This document shows, piece by piece, positions 62,172 to 64,000 of a stretch of DNA of 64,000 nt. The position numbers and the translations under genes were made by a program. How positions within the stretch are numbered: position 1 is the first letter of the stretch; every line of letters begins with the position of its first letter. This DNA is from an uncultured Gammaproteobacteria bacterium (GTDB taxonomy: Bacteria > Patescibacteriota > Patescibacteriia > UBA9570 > XYC2-FULL-38-9): NCBI GenBank assembly GCA_964344485.1, contig CAYFNF010000003.1:148467-212466 (forward strand). The letters are read 5' to 3'. The notes beneath the pieces are model-generated. The model did not search any database. It was not told where the DNA came from and saw only the letters and a list, made by a program, of their open reading frames with translations.

Positions 62172-63317
62172 TTATACACATTTATGTTGCGAGCCGTCCC
62201 AGGTAGTACCAGGCGTACAGTCGTCACATTTATCGTCCGTACATCCTCTTCCAGGTCCTTGACACTGATAATCTGCAGTACATTCATCTCCTGGACTGCC
62301 GTCGAAACACTCATTCGCCCACTCAAATGAACAGTACATGAGCGGACTATCTCCTCCGTAACAATCTGTGTCCCCGTCGCACGAATCTCCTTCTGCTTTT
62401 GGAGTACAGGAACTGCTCACACACTTAAATCCAGAAATACAATCACTTGAGTTTACGCACGGAAGACTATCTGACCCATCACCAGTAATACAGAAATTCT
62501 CTACTGTATTACATATTCCTGACTTACAGACACTATCTGATGTACAATACGCACCTTCAGAACGATTATTCTGAGTCAAGCACTTCTTTGACGGGTCTCC
62601 TTCACAGACAAACCCGGTTTCACAGTCTGCTTCGCTCGCACAGAGCGTTCCAGAGGTAGCAGTCGTACAAACCCCAGGTGCAGACGGACTCCCGCCAGCA
62701 CACGTCATGGGTTCTATACAATTTTCATCGCGTTGACATGCTGCGCCTTCACCGTTCGTATTTGTTCCGGTTGGACGACAGACCGTTAACCCCTCACCTA
62801 CATTCACACACTCACAGCCTCCCACACAGTAACTCACGCTCGTACACGCTGATTCTGCTCCACCTGGACATTCGGTCCAGTCAGAGGTAGTACCGTCACC
62901 CGAAGCCGTAAATTCAATCCCTGTTGGACAGATATTACCGAAAATCACCATTCCATCACTAATAATGCTCATTATGGTATAAGACAGCAAAGCGAGCACC
63001 AGCCCGAGCAGTGCATTAGTAATACGTGACTTAGCTTCGTTTACTTTCTCTGAATTACCTGCAGCAAGTGCCCACTGTGCTCCACCGAACATAATCATAC
63101 CCACTGCAACAACAGCAATTGCTTGAATTAAAAACGTATACACTGCGGTAATGTACTCACCTAAGCTAATTACTTGTTCGAGAGTGCCAACTTGCACTTC
63201 TAACTTAATTGGACTGGTAATACAATCCTCTGCAAACGCAGGGAAAGCAGCGATAAACAGCCCAGTCATGACTGCGGCGAGTAATGGTATTCTTTTGTAG
63301 AGATAATGTTGTTTCAT
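62172..63317 (-). CDS. Pilin-like N-terminal module (paralog of 59095-60081) fused to an array of ~6 cysteine-knot repeats
   Basis: The N-terminus YITAVYTFLIQAIAVVAVGMIMFGGAQWALAAGNSEKVNEAKSRITNALLGLVLALLSYTIMSII is about 70% identical by eye to the other pilin-like module. The C-terminal ~210 aa hold repeated C-x5-7-C-x4-6-C-x5-9-C units (e.g. GTLCASEADCETGFVCEGDPSKKC, GAYCTSDSVCKSGICNTVENFC). Confidence 0.7.
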   Translation of the reverse strand: MKQHYLYKRIPLLAAVMTGLFIAAFPAFAEDCITSPIKLEVQVGTLEQVISLGEYITAVYTFLIQAIAVVAVGMIMFGGAQWALAAGNSEKVNEAKSRITNALLGLVLALLSYTIMSIISDGMVIFGNICPTGIEFTASGDGTTSDWTECPGGAESACTSVSYCVGGCECVNVGEGLTVCRPTGTNTNGEGAACQRDENCIEPMTCAGGSPSAPGVCTTATSGTLCASEADCETGFVCEGDPSKKCLTQNNRSEGAYCTSDSVCKSGICNTVENFCITGDGSDSLPCVNSSDCISGFKCVSSSCTPKAEGDSCDGDTDCYGGDSPLMYCSFEWANECFDGSPGDECTADYQCQGPGRGCTDDKCDDCTPGTTWDGSQHKCV

Positions 63318-63322
63318 ATGTT

Positions 63323-64000
63323 TTAAAAAATTGCACTAGCTATTTCATCAACTAAGGAGGTGACCCCTAGTTCTTGTAACGCAGACATGGCTTCTTGTAG
63401 ACGTCCCCAATTCCATGGGGTCATCAGAGCAACAGCTGCGCTAACAATGACTAGAGCGAAAATATATTGAGCAGCCATGGAGATGAATATCAGGAACTCT
63501 GTAAATAATAGTAGAACGAACAGAGCTTTTTGCGCCATGTCCGGCTCTTCAAACATCTTTGTAGATTTTAGGAACTGAGAGATAAAGCCCAGTACTGGGA
63601 TCTCTGGTAGTAGATAGTATCCGAAAAAATGTAGATGAATGTAAATTAGTGTTGATGGATCACAGCAACAGAGATCTTCGGGTAGAGCAATAAACATCTC
63701 CCATAACCACATGCGACTTCCTGGCTTTGCCATACTCGATGCATCTGCAGCAGCTCCAGCTGCATCTGCAGCGCCTCCAGCTGCATCTGCTGCACCGCCA
63801 GCGCCTTTTGCTCCTTGCTTGTCTTTTCCGAGTTGAGATGCTGCTCCAGCGCCTGCTGCAAGTCCAGCTCCAGCAACAGCGCCTGCTCCGGCTCCTACTG
63901 GTCCAGCAGCGGCTCCAGCGCCTGCTCCGGCTGCGGCAGCTCCACCAGCTCCAGCAGCGGCTCCTGCTCCAGCGCCTGCTCCGGCTGCGCCTGCACCCGC
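63323..64000 (-). CDS. Membrane protein with a Gly/Ala-rich N-terminal low-complexity region (5' end beyond the window)
   Basis: The frame of the 63323-63733 ORF stays open upstream to position 64000. It encodes AGAGAAGAGAGAGAAAGAGG...AADAAGGAADAAGAAADASS before the MAKPGSRMW... part, which contains TM segments. Confidence 0.55.
   Translation of the reverse strand, partial: AGAGAAGAGAGAGAAAGAGGAAAAGAGAGAAAGPVGAGAGAVAGAGLAAGAGAASQLGKDKQGAKGAGGAADAAGGAADAAGAAADASSMAKPGSRMWLWEMFIALPEDLCCCDPSTLIYIHLHFFGYYLLPEIPVLGFISQFLKSTKMFEEPDMAQKALFVLLLFTEFLIFISMAAQYIFALVIVSAAVALMTPWNWGRLQEAMSALQELGVTSLVDEIASAIF
63740..64000 (-). repeat. Coding low-complexity GC-rich repeat (GCx/GGx codons, Gly/Ala tract)
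   Basis: Degenerate reiteration of gctccagc/gcctgctcc/ggctgc units on the plus strand. Confidence 0.7.

Overview
This is a gene-dense 64-kb window of a low-GC bacterial chromosome. Hand-counted 60-nt lines of backbone genes give about 40-48% GC. It reads with the standard code, since TGA is used as a stop (e.g. recG). The style suggests a reduced CPR/Patescibacteria-type genome: tiny intergenic gaps, T4SS-pilin-like surface proteins, three consecutive giant genes, K/A-rich tails on RpoD and S6, and many leaderless-type gene starts. The phylum cannot be proven from this sequence alone. All calls come from motif recognition by eye; no searches were run.

Backbone genes: a partial ABC ATPase, histidine phosphatase, YwbE, guanine deaminase, ThpR, an ABC-2 exporter pair, dnaG-rpoD, an HD hydrolase, pyk-ppsA, rpsF-ssb-rpsR-efp, lemA-htpX, clpC, comF, recG, cysK, a DsbA-like oxidoreductase and many secreted or membrane hypotheticals. 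There are five tRNAs: Asn-GTT, Ser-GGA, Arg-GCG, Ser-GCT and Ser-TGA. I recognised no rRNA, CRISPR array, transposase, integrase or phage gene.

Main hunt results:
1. Six ORF-sized high-GC islands (about 62-75% GC in sampled lines, strong GC3 bias) sit at three loci, each with its own AT-rich promoter, SD or terminator signals. They encode a Gpt-like PRTase, a GCS2-type carboxylate-amine ligase behind an elaborate two-terminator leader with two Thr-run mini-ORFs, a 97-aa disordered protein, and a 3-gene insertion between pyk and efp (one soluble protein plus two small polytopic membrane proteins).
2. A 14.5-kb run of three giant genes encodes a beta-helix/TSP3/FN3 adhesin, a 1849-aa M48-peptidase + UbiB/ABC1-kinase fusion, and a 1179-aa orphan.
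3. A surface locus holds two paralogous pilin-like modules, one fused to an M15 peptidoglycan peptidase and one to a cysteine-knot repeat array. DsbA-like and TolB-like genes lie between them.
4. An unassigned 129-nt structured element with a tRNA-Ser-like acceptor/D-arm frame appears to be co-transcribed with two tRNA-Ser genes.
5. Native genes have -10 boxes 5-9 nt upstream of the ATG, whereas all high-GC ORFs have SD motifs.
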